A stretch of 64,000 bases of DNA. Origin: a bacterium (lineage in GTDB: Bacteria; Cyanobacteriota; Vampirovibrionia; Gastranaerophilales; CAZEDP01). The translations under genes were made by a program, and so were the position numbers. The notes under the pieces are model-generated. The model worked only from the letters and a program-made list of their open reading frames with translations, was not told the origin of the DNA and did not search any database. The stretch covers positions 7,906-71,905 of the forward strand of contig JAZDPZ010000060.1 of NCBI GenBank assembly GCA_043797105.1, written 5' to 3'. This document shows, one piece after another, positions 25,271 to 35,428 of this stretch (positions are counted from its first letter, which is position 1; each line of letters starts with the position of its first letter).

Positions 25271-26284
25271 ATGGTAAAAGTAGCTATAAACGGTTTTGGT
25301 AGAATTGGACGAAATACTTTAAGAGCTGCTGTTAAAAATGGCAGTTTTGAAAAGGTTGAGTATGTTGCTATTAATGATCCTGGTTTAAATCCAAAGGAAG
25401 CAGCGCATCTTTTAAAATATGACTCAGTAATGGGTGGATTTAAAGGTGATGTTAAAGCTGAGGCTGATGGTATTGTAGTAAATGGCAAAAAAATCAAATT
25501 TTATGCGGAAAAAAATCCGGCAATCCTCCCTTGGAAAGAACTTGGTGTAGAAGTTGTTATTGAATCAACAGGTTTCTTTACAGATGCTAATTTAGCCAAA
25601 AAACATATTGAAGCCGGCGCTAAAAAAGTAATTATTTCAGCTCCTGCTAAAAATGAAGATATTACTATTGCTTTAGGCATTAATGAAAAAGCTTATGATA
25701 CGGCTAAACATAATGTAATTTCAATGGCTAGCTGCACTACAAATTGTCTTGCTCCAATAGCTAAAGTTATTCTTGAAGAATTTGGTATTGTAGAAGGTTT
25801 AATGACAACAGTTCATGCTTATACCGGAGACCAAAGACTTTTGGATGCAGGTCATAAAGATCTAAGAAGAGCTAGAGCCGGCGCTATTAATATTGTGCCT
25901 ACTACAACCGGAGCTGCTAAAGCTGTTGGTTTAGTATTGCCTGAGTTAAAAGGAAAATTAAACGGCTTTGCCATGAGAGTTCCTGTGCCTAATGTAAGTG
26001 TTGTTGATCTTGTAGCAATTACAGAAAGACCTGTTACTGCAGATTCTGTCAATGCTGCTTTGAAAAAAGCCGCTGAAACCGAGCTAAAAGGCATTATGGA
26101 ATATATGGAAGAAGAGCTTGTAAGTTCAGATTTTATTGGTTCATATTTTAGCAGTATTGTTGATTCCAAATTAACCATGACTATGGGAAGCAATATGGTT
26201 AAAGTTATAGCTTGGTATGATAATGAAATGGGTTATAGCACAAGACTTTCAGAATGTGTTGCATTTATAGCCAATAAACTTTAA
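25271..26284 (+). CDS. gap: Glyceraldehyde-3-phosphate dehydrogenase (type I)
   Basis: 337 aa with INGFGRIGR and the active site SCTTNCLAP. Confidence 0.95.
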   Translation: MVKVAINGFGRIGRNTLRAAVKNGSFEKVEYVAINDPGLNPKEAAHLLKYDSVMGGFKGDVKAEADGIVVNGKKIKFYAEKNPAILPWKELGVEVVIESTGFFTDANLAKKHIEAGAKKVIISAPAKNEDITIALGINEKAYDTAKHNVISMASCTTNCLAPIAKVILEEFGIVEGLMTTVHAYTGDQRLLDAGHKDLRRARAGAINIVPTTTGAAKAVGLVLPELKGKLNGFAMRVPVPNVSVVDLVAITERPVTADSVNAALKKAAETELKGIMEYMEEELVSSDFIGSYFSSIVDSKLTMTMGSNMVKVIAWYDNEMGYSTRLSECVAFIANKL

Positions 26285-26298
26285 AAAATTAGTTTGCA

Positions 26299-26329
26299 AA
26301 GAGGTAAATTTTTATTTTACCTCTTTTTT
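26299..26329 (+). terminator. Rho-independent terminator after gap
   Basis: A perfect 10-bp stem AAGAGGTAAA / TTTACCTCTT, a 7-nt loop, then TTTT. Confidence 0.75.
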
Positions 26330-26358
26330 AAATTTTTAAATAAGAGAGGAATAAAAAA

Positions 26359-27144
26359 ATGGTAAGAAAACCAATTATTGCCGGAAATTGGAAATTACAC
26401 AAGCTGATTGAAGAAGCAATTAGCTTAACTGAAGATATAAAAATTAAATTAATGGATTGTGATCAAAATAAACTTCCTGTTGTAGTTCTCTGTCCTACTT
26501 TTACTTCCCTTCAGGCAGTAAGAAAAATTTTGGAAACAGGCGGAAAAATCCATCTGGGCGCTCAAAACTGCTTTTATAAGGATTCTGGAGCATATACAGG
26601 AGAAGTATCAATTCCAATGCTTAAAGACCTTTGTGTATCTTATATTATTATTGGACACAGTGAAAGAAGACAGTATTTTGCGGAAACAAATGAAACAGTC
26701 AATTTAAAAATAAAGGCTGCTATTGAAAATCAGGTAAAACCTATTATTTGTGTCGGTGAAAGTTTAGAACAAAGAGAATCAGGTATTACTGATGAGCATA
26801 TTGAAAATCAGGTAAAACTTGCATTAAAAGATATCAATATAAATGATATTGCCGGTTTAGTATTTGCTTATGAGCCTATTTGGGCTATTGGAACAGGTAA
26901 AACTTGTGATGCTAAAGAAGCTAACAGAGTAATCAAGATGATTCGCTCAGTTATTGCTGAAATATCAAATCAACAAACTGCCGGTCAAGTAAGGATTCTT
27001 TATGGTGGAAGTGTAAAAGCGTCAACTATTGAAGAACAAATGTCCATGTCAGATATTGATGGAGCTTTAGTTGGAGGAGCAAGCCTTGAAGTTGAAAGTT
27101 TCGTAGGCATTATTAAAGGCGCAATGCTTGCAAAAATCAAATAA
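26359..27144 (+). CDS. tpiA: Triosephosphate isomerase
   Basis: 261 aa: ...IAGNWK...GHSERR...AYEPIWAIGTG... Confidence 0.95.
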   Translation: MVRKPIIAGNWKLHKLIEEAISLTEDIKIKLMDCDQNKLPVVVLCPTFTSLQAVRKILETGGKIHLGAQNCFYKDSGAYTGEVSIPMLKDLCVSYIIIGHSERRQYFAETNETVNLKIKAAIENQVKPIICVGESLEQRESGITDEHIENQVKLALKDININDIAGLVFAYEPIWAIGTGKTCDAKEANRVIKMIRSVIAEISNQQTAGQVRILYGGSVKASTIEEQMSMSDIDGALVGGASLEVESFVGIIKGAMLAKIK

Positions 27145-27155
27145 AATATTTTTCA

Positions 27156-27863
27156 ATGACAATAAAGCTTGTTAAAAAAACATTTTCTATAAAACAAAAT
27201 ATGATTCAGCTTTTTAAGGCTGAATCATGTTATATTGATAAGGCTGAAACCATTTTATTTATTGGTGTTTTTCATGGAGATGAGCCGGAAGGTGAGCATC
27301 TAATCTTGAATTTAATAAATGAAATAAATAAAAATTCAGAGCTTATAAAAAATAATATTATTTTATTTATTCCTGTTTTGAATCCGGACGGAAAAGAGCT
27401 TAAAACAAGAGGAAATGCTAATGGAGTCGATCTTAACAGGAATTTTCCAACTAAAAATTGGTTGTTATCTTCTAATAAAGATGCTTATTTTTCTGGAACA
27501 TCGCCGGCAAGCGAAATTGAAACTAAGTTTCTTATTGAAATTATTCAGGAATATAAGCCGCATAAGATTATAACTTTACACACTCCGTACAAAATTGTAA
27601 ATTATGATGGTCCGGCAAAAAAATTAGCAAAAAAGATTTCTGAGCTAAATGGTTATCCGATTCAAAAAGATATTGGATATGCTACGCCAGGTTCTTTTGG
27701 GACATATTACGGGATGGAGAGAAATATTCCTGTTATTACTCTTGAATTACCTGAAAATATTGATATAAATACACTTTGGGAAGAAAATAAAACAGCTTTT
27801 TTTTATATTATTTCTTCTTCTAACCAGATTGAAAAGCATAACAAAAATAACCCTCTTGTCTAA
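27156..27863 (+). CDS. M14-family zinc carboxypeptidase / murein-peptide amidase (MpaA-like)
   Basis: 235 aa: GVFHGDEPEG...PVLNPDG...NGVDLNRNFP...LHTPY... Confidence 0.7.
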   Translation: MTIKLVKKTFSIKQNMIQLFKAESCYIDKAETILFIGVFHGDEPEGEHLILNLINEINKNSELIKNNIILFIPVLNPDGKELKTRGNANGVDLNRNFPTKNWLLSSNKDAYFSGTSPASEIETKFLIEIIQEYKPHKIITLHTPYKIVNYDGPAKKLAKKISELNGYPIQKDIGYATPGSFGTYYGMERNIPVITLELPENIDINTLWEENKTAFFYIISSSNQIEKHNKNNPLV

Positions 27864-27930
27864 TTGATTGCCAGGCAATAAATATTTTAATTAATAGTTA
27901 AAGACTTTGAAAAAGAAATGAGGAATTTTT

Positions 27931-28599
27931 ATGAATAAATATTTTATAATTATATTATCTTTAATCTTTCTTTTTAGTTCTGTTTCAGGAGGTTTTGCCA
28001 AAGTTCCCGAAAATATTTCAGCAATATCAATGACGAATCTTAGTAGCTCAACAGCAAAAATTGGGGAATGCTTTCAGGCAAAAATTCCAAAAAATCTAAC
28101 CTTAAAATCAGGAACTACTATACCATCAGACAGTATTATCTATGGACAAGTTATAAAAGTAAAAAAATCCAAAAGATTTAGCAGAGGAGGCTCAATTACT
28201 TTAACAGCCAATCAAATACAAACACCGCAAGGACAGACAATCCCTCTTGAAAATTTTAAAAGCATAGTTGTGTCTCCTTATGTAAAACCGTTAAAAGAAA
28301 GATTTTTAGAAAGAATTCCTATAGCAGTAGCTTCTTCAGGCACGTCTATTCCTTTAAGCGCAGCCACAAATCTAAATGGCGGAATAGTTTATGCTATAAG
28401 TCTTGGTGCCGGAGTAGTGATGGGAGCAGTAAGCGGAATTTTTGATCCTGATTATGAGAAAACAAGAACTCAAACCGCTGCTATTAGAGCATTTGAATCA
28501 ACTCCCATTGGTGGCATTAAAATAGCTGCGAGTAAGGGCAAAGAAGTAAACCTAAAAATTGGTGATTGTATTATTTTTAAGTATAATAATAAAAAATAA
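27931..28599 (+). CDS. Hypothetical secreted protein
   Basis: 222 aa with a signal peptide (LIFLFSSVSGGFA). No recognisable domain. Confidence 0.5.
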   Translation: MNKYFIIILSLIFLFSSVSGGFAKVPENISAISMTNLSSSTAKIGECFQAKIPKNLTLKSGTTIPSDSIIYGQVIKVKKSKRFSRGGSITLTANQIQTPQGQTIPLENFKSIVVSPYVKPLKERFLERIPIAVASSGTSIPLSAATNLNGGIVYAISLGAGVVMGAVSGIFDPDYEKTRTQTAAIRAFESTPIGGIKIAASKGKEVNLKIGDCIIFKYNNKK

Positions 28600-28628
28600 G
28601 TTAATTAAATAAAAATTATTATGCTCAA

Positions 28629-30107
28629 ATGTTAAAAAATTTAAATATATCAAGAATAAAAAGCGAAAAAATCACTGAAATTGTCTTTAACTTGTGTAAA
28701 CAAGCTAATTTATATATATCTAAAGACGTTTATAATACTATTTTAAACTCATATACAAAAGAAAAATCATCAAAATCAAAATATATTTTATGGCAGATTT
28801 TAGAAAATATAAGATTGGCTTCTGAATTAAAACGTCCTATATGTCAAGATACAGGAATTGTAGTAATTTTTGCAGAAATTGGACAAAATGTTTTTATAGA
28901 GGGTGATAATTTTGAAAATGCTGTGAATCAGGGAGTAAAAGAAGCATATAAAAATAATTTCTTTAGAAAATCAATAATTGATGATCCTATTTTCAAAAGA
29001 ATTAATACAAATACTAATATTCCGGCAGTTATTTATACTAAATTAATTAATAGTAACTCAATTAAGATTTCCCTGGCAGTAAAAGGCTGTGGCAGTGAAA
29101 ATATGAGTACGGTAAAGATGTTAAAACCATCTGCCGGCATTGAAGGAATAGTTGATTTTGCTGTTGAAACAGTCAGAAAAGCCGGTTCCAATCCTTGCCC
29201 TCCAGTAAGGCTCGGTATTGGCATTGGTGGAACTTTGGATTATGCGGCTTTTTTATCTAAAAAAGCTCTTTTAGAACCGATTAAAACAGAAAAAGAATTG
29301 GAACTGTTATCTTTAACCAATAATACTGCAAAACTTGAGCTTGAGATTCTTCAAAAAACAAATGACCTTAAAATCGGAGCTGCTGGCTTTGGTGGTAATA
29401 CAACTGTTTTTGGAGTTAATATACTTGATTTCCCCACTCATATTGCAGCTTTGCCTGTAGCAATCAATATTAATTGCCATGCTTCAAGGCATGCAAAAGC
29501 AGAAATATTTGAAAACAATATAAAATATTATTTTGATGATTTTCAGTATAAATTCGAAGAAATTTGTAATCAGAAAAAGCTCTATAAACAAGTAAATACA
29601 GATGATGCAGCAAGTTTAAAAAATTTAAAAACAGGAGATGAGATTTTATTATCCGGCTATATTTATACGGCAAGAGATGCTGCCCATAAAAAATTAATAG
29701 AGTGTATTGATAAAAATGAAGATTTACCTATAGATATTAAAGATAAGATAATATACTATACAGGACCTTGTCCTAAACAAGAAAACGAAATAATAGGTCC
29801 CGCAGGTCCGACAACATCTTGCAGAATGGATAAATATACTCCTGCTTTGCTTGAAAGAGGACTTTTAGGATCAATAGGAAAAGGAGAAAGATCAAGTCAG
29901 GTTATAGAGTCTATAATAGATAATAAAGGTATTTATTTGGTTGCTACAGGCGGAGCTGCTGTTTTACTTTCGCAAAAAATTACTGAAGCTAAGGTTATTG
30001 CATATCCTGAACTTGGTCCGGAAGCTATTTACAAGCTAAAGATAGAAAAATTTCCTGTTATTGTTGCTATTGACAGTAATGGCAATAACATATTTACTCC
30101 AAAATAA
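28629..30107 (+). CDS. Class I (Fe-S) fumarate hydratase / tartrate dehydratase family, fused alpha+beta
   Basis: 492 aa. The alpha part is ...ICQDTGIVVIF...KGCGSEN... The beta part is ...GYIYTARDAAHKK...YYTGP...GPTTS.RMD...GKG.R... Confidence 0.85.
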   Translation: MLKNLNISRIKSEKITEIVFNLCKQANLYISKDVYNTILNSYTKEKSSKSKYILWQILENIRLASELKRPICQDTGIVVIFAEIGQNVFIEGDNFENAVNQGVKEAYKNNFFRKSIIDDPIFKRINTNTNIPAVIYTKLINSNSIKISLAVKGCGSENMSTVKMLKPSAGIEGIVDFAVETVRKAGSNPCPPVRLGIGIGGTLDYAAFLSKKALLEPIKTEKELELLSLTNNTAKLELEILQKTNDLKIGAAGFGGNTTVFGVNILDFPTHIAALPVAININCHASRHAKAEIFENNIKYYFDDFQYKFEEICNQKKLYKQVNTDDAASLKNLKTGDEILLSGYIYTARDAAHKKLIECIDKNEDLPIDIKDKIIYYTGPCPKQENEIIGPAGPTTSCRMDKYTPALLERGLLGSIGKGERSSQVIESIIDNKGIYLVATGGAAVLLSQKITEAKVIAYPELGPEAIYKLKIEKFPVIVAIDSNGNNIFTPK

Positions 30108-30112
30108 TATTA

Positions 30113-30147
30113 ATACAAATAAAAAAGCCGCTTTTATGAGGGCGGCT
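30113..30147 (-). terminator. Intrinsic terminator readable on the minus strand
   Basis: The minus strand reads AGCCGC-CCTCATAAAA-GCGGCT followed by TTTTTTATTTG. Confidence 0.55.
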
Positions 30148-30282
30148 ACTATGAGGAGGAGGTTGGGGTCACGACCACATAGTAAGTGGTCTCATTATGT
30201 ATATCGGTAGTTTTTGAAAAAACTTTAGGGTTTTTTTAAAAAATTTTTTAAAAAATTTAGTCTTAACTGAGTAACAGTTAAT

Positions 30283-30316
30283 TTAAAAACCAAAAACCAA
30301 TTTTAATTAAGTATAT
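30283..30316 (-). repeat. Family E motif, copy E1
   Basis: TTAAAAACCAAAAACCAATTTTAATTAAGTATAT. Related copies are at 37217, 57143 and 61241. Confidence 0.6.
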
Positions 30317-30404
30317 TTACTTTGGTTAAACAAACAAAGTCATGAAATGACATTATAACTGTAATTTAGCTTATCATTATTCATAAAACGTAGACAAATA
30401 CTAT
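30312..30404 (+). repeat. Family D repeat, copy D2
   Basis: It closely matches 9450..9546 in the same orientation. Confidence 0.7.
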
Positions 30405-30485
30405 AAATTACGATATGTCATGCCGAAGCATAATATGTAGGACAGATCCCGAACATCCATGATATTTAAATATCAGTAGAACCAT

Positions 30486-31040
30486 TTACTTTTTCTTTGT
30501 TGACAGATAAATTTTTAATCTTACATCTTTGTCTTCATAATTAATTTTTAAAGTATCATTATCAAAATTTTTTATGGTTACATTATTTTTTTCAGGATAA
30601 TTTTCTTTAATATCCTGATCTATTTTAGCTTCTATTTCTGTAATAATCTTGTATCCTTGTTTAAATCTTAAAAAATATTTATCATCTTTTTTAATTTTAT
30701 CAACCAGATAAAAACCGCTTTGAAGGACACTTTCATTAATATAAACATCAAAAGGCAATCTTAACAAAGCATCAGGAGAACCAGGAATTTCAGGGATTTT
30801 TTTTATTTTTTTTAATGGCGCATTGTCTTTATTTTTATTTTTCTTCTTTTTTTTGTTTTTTGTTTTTTGATATTTGTTTATAGTTTCAACAGCTGCATTA
30901 AATTCCTGAGGAGTAACAGGTTTTGTGTACTCGTATTGATTATAAAAATATGGATTGTCATTATAATCAGATGTTTCCTGAGCATAGGCAATTTGGACAA
31001 AATTTAATAATATTATAAGAGCTAAATAAACTTTTTTCAT
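30486..31040 (-). CDS. Hypothetical secreted protein with poly-Lys tract
   Basis: 184 aa with the signal peptide ...NFVQIAYA|QE and a KTKNKKKKKNKNK tract. Confidence 0.5.
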   Translation of the reverse strand: MKKVYLALIILLNFVQIAYAQETSDYNDNPYFYNQYEYTKPVTPQEFNAAVETINKYQKTKNKKKKKNKNKDNAPLKKIKKIPEIPGSPDALLRLPFDVYINESVLQSGFYLVDKIKKDDKYFLRFKQGYKIITEIEAKIDQDIKENYPEKNNVTIKNFDNDTLKINYEDKDVRLKIYLSTKKK

Positions 31041-31099
31041 ATTAAATATTATATAATAGTTTAGTAAGCTGGTTTATAAAAAAAAGAAAGTCAAATTTT

Positions 31100-32782
31100 A
31101 TGCATGAAATAATTTTTCTAGTAGTAGCGCTTACTTTAATAGGGATTACAGTTGCAGCGCTTTATCATTTGGTTATTCCGGATGCAGATAAAAATAAAGA
31201 AAAAACACAGAAAGAAATAAAAAAGAAAAAAAGCAGCGCCGCTTTATCAAAAATTCCAAATGCAAGCTCATATTTATATCACTCAGGTAATGTTAATGAT
31301 GCAATCAAGCTTTATGAAATGTCTGTAAAGCAAAATCCAAAAGATTTAGCCACGAGATTTATACTTGGTAATATGTATCTGGAAAGAAAAAGATTTGCGG
31401 ATGCCATGGATCAATTTAGATATATTAAAAAAATCAGTCCAAAACATATAGAATCAAGAAAAAAACTCGCTGAAATTTATTTTTCAAATAAAGAGTATAA
31501 AAAATCTCTTGAAGAATATAATTATATTCTTCAAAATATGCCTGAAGATATTGAAATTCTGCATAAAGTGGCTTTTATCCATGAAAGCAGCGGAGATATT
31601 GACTCTGCTATAGATGAATTTAAAAAAATTGTTACTATGCAGAATGATATTGATATCAGGAAAAAATTAGCAGATCTTTATTTAATGAAAAAGAGTTATC
31701 ATAATGCTGTTTTGGAATATGAAGCCGCTTTGAATATTGATAATAACTGTGTGGACATTTTGAGAAAACTGGCTTCAATCTACGTTAAGGTAGAAAAATA
31801 TGATGAATCTATAGAAACATATAAAAAAATATTGGAAAATGATGAAGAAAATATTGAAATAATACTTGAATTAGCTGAAGTATATGTATCTTTTAAAAAA
31901 TATCAGGAAGGAATCGATATATATAGAGAAGTTATAAGCAAAAGTTCTAAAAAATCGCCAGTAATGGTAAATAGACTAGCTCAAATTTTGATTATAAATG
32001 GAGATTATGACAGCGCTATAAGTGAATGCAGATTATTTTTAGCGGAAGAATCAGATATTGATTATTTAAAAATCACTCTTGCCGACGCGTACGAACTTAA
32101 AGAAATGTTTCAGGAAGCAGTGGATGTGTATAAGGATATGCTGGCAGAAGCTAAAACAGAAGAACAACAAACCAGATGCAAAGATTATATTAGCGCTTTG
32201 ATTTGCAATTGGGGAGTTAAGTTTTTTGAAAAAGGCGATTATCAGGATGCATTGGATAAATTTGTCTTTGCTGTATATTATAATGATAAAAATCCGGATA
32301 TATATTTTAATCTGGGTAAAACTAACCTTGCCATTAAAAACTTTGAAAGTGCTGTATCGCATTTTAAAATGGCTTTGAATCTTTCTCCTGATGATAGTGA
32401 ACTATATTTGTATTTAGGACATGTATATGATGAAAAGGGTGAGATTGATATGGCTATCGAGCTTTATACACTTGCGGTCAGCAAAAATTCTAACAGCTAT
32501 AAAGCCCGATCTGCTCTTGGAATAACTTATGGATACAAAAAACAATATGATAAAGCTGTAAAAGAGCTTAAAAAAGCAATAGAAATTAGTCCGAATAATG
32601 GTGATGCTCATTATAATCTGGCTGTGGTATATGAATCTTTAAAACAATATAATGAAGCAAAAGAAGAATATCATAAAGTTTTATCAATTAATCCCAGACA
32701 CAGGGAAGCAAAAAATAATTTAAACGTTATTATTGAATCAGAAAAAGAAACTTCTGCCAAGGGAAATTATTGGGAACGTTAA
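31100..32782 (+). CDS. TPR-repeat protein with N-terminal TM anchor
   Basis: 560 aa with many 34-aa repeats of the form ..A...Y..AL...P....A...LG..Y... Confidence 0.8.
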   Translation: MHEIIFLVVALTLIGITVAALYHLVIPDADKNKEKTQKEIKKKKSSAALSKIPNASSYLYHSGNVNDAIKLYEMSVKQNPKDLATRFILGNMYLERKRFADAMDQFRYIKKISPKHIESRKKLAEIYFSNKEYKKSLEEYNYILQNMPEDIEILHKVAFIHESSGDIDSAIDEFKKIVTMQNDIDIRKKLADLYLMKKSYHNAVLEYEAALNIDNNCVDILRKLASIYVKVEKYDESIETYKKILENDEENIEIILELAEVYVSFKKYQEGIDIYREVISKSSKKSPVMVNRLAQILIINGDYDSAISECRLFLAEESDIDYLKITLADAYELKEMFQEAVDVYKDMLAEAKTEEQQTRCKDYISALICNWGVKFFEKGDYQDALDKFVFAVYYNDKNPDIYFNLGKTNLAIKNFESAVSHFKMALNLSPDDSELYLYLGHVYDEKGEIDMAIELYTLAVSKNSNSYKARSALGITYGYKKQYDKAVKELKKAIEISPNNGDAHYNLAVVYESLKQYNEAKEEYHKVLSINPRHREAKNNLNVIIESEKETSAKGNYWER

Positions 32783-32895
32783 TCAGGAAATATTACAAAA
32801 ATTTTTATCCAGTAGGGTTATTTTAAACTCAAAAAAATTATTTGTTAATGGTATAAATAAAAATATAGGGCTGAGGAAAAATAGCTAAAAACTGG

Positions 32896-32936
32896 TGTCA
32901 TCCTGAGGAAGCCCGAAGGGCTGACGTGAGGATCTG
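32896..32936 (+). repeat. Family B hairpin unit, copy B3
   Basis: TGTCATCCTGAGGAAGCCCGAAGGGCTGACGTGAGGATCTG. Confidence 0.65.
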
Positions 32937-33006
32937 TCCAGTATTCATCATTATTATGATTACAAAATCGTGATTTTTGGCTTATTATAATAAGCGTATT
33001 ATGGAT

Positions 33007-33044
33007 AGATTGCCACAGTGCCTACGGCGCTTCGCAATGACAGG
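33007..33044 (+). repeat. Family A-type arm, divergent
   Basis: AGATTGCCACAGTGCCTACGGCGCTTCGCAATGACAGG shares the GATTGC...CGCAATGACAG ends. Confidence 0.5.
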
Positions 33045-33115
33045 AGAAAGATTACAGCTTATTTTCCTTTACCCTGAATAAAAATACTCTTATTGAGATA
33101 GGAAAATTTATTAAA

Positions 33116-33685
33116 ATGTCAAAACGATTAATAATTTCCGGTAGTATTATAGGAGCTTTAATTTTACTCAGCTTATGGGCATTTATTGCTTCGTCCAGAA
33201 TGGCGGATAATATCAAACAGGTTTCAAACAGACCTGATAACACGATTAATGAAGAAGCTGTTTTTGTTAATGATTTAATAATTACTGAAACAAGAGATGG
33301 GCAAAAATTTTGGGAAGTTTACGCTTATTCAGGAAAATATGATAATGAACAAACTCAGGCTTTGTTAACCAATGTTAAAGGAAATTTTTACAAAAATAAT
33401 AAGGTTATATTAAGCTTTGAAGCTCCTATGGCTATTTATGACAGTAAAAATAAAGGAATAAAATTAACAGGAGGTTCAAAAGCGCTTACTAATAATGATA
33501 TATTTATTTTAGCAAAAGAATTAACATGGACCGGCAATAAAGGTGACATTATTGCAAAAGGCAGTGTTAAAATCAAAAAAGCTGATAAATTTTCAACATC
33601 CGGTGAGAAATGTGTTTTTAACACTGATTTTTCAAAGTTTAAAGTAATTGGAAGTTCTGAAACAAATGTATATGGTAAAAAATAG
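33116..33685 (+). CDS. lptC: LPS export protein LptC-like
   Basis: 189 aa with an N-terminal TM anchor and beta-rich repeats, directly upstream of an OstA/LptA-like gene. Confidence 0.55.
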   Translation: MSKRLIISGSIIGALILLSLWAFIASSRMADNIKQVSNRPDNTINEEAVFVNDLIITETRDGQKFWEVYAYSGKYDNEQTQALLTNVKGNFYKNNKVILSFEAPMAIYDSKNKGIKLTGGSKALTNNDIFILAKELTWTGNKGDIIAKGSVKIKKADKFSTSGEKCVFNTDFSKFKVIGSSETNVYGKK

Positions 33686-33697
33686 AAGAGATAAAAT

Positions 33698-34810
33698 ATG
33701 AAAAAAAATTTATTTTTAATAGGATTGTCAATAATGTTTTTGGGAGTTGCTTTTTCTGGATTGTCTTATGCTGAAAATATTTTAATTGAAGCAGATAAGC
33801 AAAGTTATAACAGTGAAACAAATTTAACTATTTTTGAAGGAAATGTCAAAGTTGGTTTTGATAATATTTCTGTAAAAAGTCCAAAAGCTTTTGTTAAAAC
33901 CGATAATGACGGTAAACCGCAAGTAGCTACTTTTTTACAGGGAGCAGAAGCAATAAAAAATAATGGCTACTCAAAGAGTCAAATAAAAGCGGATATAATC
34001 AGATTATCACTTCTTGAAAACAATATTACTGCTCAAGGCAATACAAAATCAACTATTTTTGAAAATCAAAAACCGCTAGTTACTATTAAAGCCTATTCTC
34101 AGGAATTTGATATACTAAATAATCTTATTACTGCGTCAGGTAACGTTATTATAAATTATAATGATCTTATTACTGCTTCTTCTCAGGCAAAAATTGATAT
34201 AGATAAGCTTACCGGTAAACTTAAACAGGTAAGTCTTATTGGTTCTGTCAAATTAAAACAAAATAAAAACACTATAAATGCGTCAAATATTATTTTTAAA
34301 CCTGAATCAAATGAGCTTATTGCGCAGGGTAATGCCCATTCTCAGACAGTTTTAAGTGATTTAACGCGTGTATCGATTTATTCTGATTATCAACAGTATG
34401 ATAAAAGCTCAAATACCTTGCTTACAAGCGGAAATGTTAAAATTTCCTATAAAGATTATGTTGCTACAGGTCCAAAAGCAACGTTTTTTTCTGATGAAAA
34501 ATCTTCTAACCCTAATAAAATAGTATTTTTAGGCAGATCAAAAATTCAGGAAGGCACAAGAAATATTGAAGCTGATAAAATAGAAATTATTATGTCTCCA
34601 AAAAGCTTTACAGCAGAGGGAAATGTTAAAACTAAATTTACTCAGGTACAAAGTTTAAATAATTCTTCAAACCCTGAAACTCCAAAAATTCCAATAGCTC
34701 AATCAGATAATTTACAAAAATTTGCTAAAAAACTTGAAAAATCTTTGGAAATTCCTGTAAATAATATAGAAAATGTAACTATAGATAATAAACAAGGAGA
34801 AATAAAGTGA
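33698..34810 (+). CDS. LptA/OstA-family periplasmic protein (duplicated OstA-like repeats)
   Basis: 370 aa with a signal peptide and repeated segments of the form ...A....Y......F.GNV... typical of the OstA_N fold. It is about twice the length of E. coli LptA. Confidence 0.6.
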   Translation: MKKNLFLIGLSIMFLGVAFSGLSYAENILIEADKQSYNSETNLTIFEGNVKVGFDNISVKSPKAFVKTDNDGKPQVATFLQGAEAIKNNGYSKSQIKADIIRLSLLENNITAQGNTKSTIFENQKPLVTIKAYSQEFDILNNLITASGNVIINYNDLITASSQAKIDIDKLTGKLKQVSLIGSVKLKQNKNTINASNIIFKPESNELIAQGNAHSQTVLSDLTRVSIYSDYQQYDKSSNTLLTSGNVKISYKDYVATGPKATFFSDEKSSNPNKIVFLGRSKIQEGTRNIEADKIEIIMSPKSFTAEGNVKTKFTQVQSLNNSSNPETPKIPIAQSDNLQKFAKKLEKSLEIPVNNIENVTIDNKQGEIK

Positions 34811-35373
34811 AAAAAAGCTTGGGCGCAAAGACAATAGTTTATCCGACACCTGTTTTTATTGTTGGAACATACGATAAAGATAATAAACCAAATGCTATGA
34901 ATGCTGCATGGGGAGGAATATGCTGTTCTAAACCTCCATGCGTTACAATTTCTCTCAGAAAAGCAACTCATACTTATGGCAATATTATGGAAAAGAAAGC
35001 CTATACAGTTAATATTCCTTCTGAAAATTATATAAAAGAAGCTGATTATTTTGGCATAGTATCAGGAAAAGATATTGATAAATTTGCTAAAACAGGTCTT
35101 ACTCCTATTAAAAGCGATATTATAGATGCTCCTTATATAAAGGAATTTCCTTTAATTTTAGAATGTAAAGTAATTCATGTTATTGAAATAGGACTTCATA
35201 CACAATTTGTCGGTGAAATTCTTGATGTAAAAGTAGATGAAGCCATGATTGAGAATGATTTGCCAAATATCGAAGAAATAAGACCAATGATATATGCTAC
35301 AGGAATACAAAATTATTACAGCATAGGGAAAAATTTGGGCAAAGCTTTTTCTATTGGAAAAGAAATACAATAA
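34807..35373 (+). CDS. Flavin reductase-like (FMN-binding split-barrel) protein
   Basis: 188 aa: ...[26 protein letters not shown]... Confidence 0.8.
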   Translation: MKKSLGAKTIVYPTPVFIVGTYDKDNKPNAMNAAWGGICCSKPPCVTISLRKATHTYGNIMEKKAYTVNIPSENYIKEADYFGIVSGKDIDKFAKTGLTPIKSDIIDAPYIKEFPLILECKVIHVIEIGLHTQFVGEILDVKVDEAMIENDLPNIEEIRPMIYATGIQNYYSIGKNLGKAFSIGKEIQ

Positions 35374-35428
35374 AATTATTGCTTGTTTTATTATTATGAA
35401 TTTTTGACTTTATAAACTAAATATTATT

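Larger units (their letters stand above)
30113..30316 (-). ncRNA. Candidate sRNA (family E motif at 5' end, CU-rich tract, terminator at 3' end)
   Basis: The minus strand has TATACT in the E motif (30283..30316), a hairpin GACCAC-N7-GTGGTC (30173..30191), the tract CCCCAACCTCCTCCTCAT (30151..30168), and then a terminator. It has no ORF longer than 8 codons. It is partly homologous to 61118..61283. Confidence 0.3.

Noticed and set aside
30148-30210. Plus-strand mini-ORF starting at ATGAGGAGGAGG after the fumarate hydratase gene
   Set aside because: It is about 19 codons with no RBS, and the sequence is better explained as the complement of the CU-rich tract of a minus-strand transcript.
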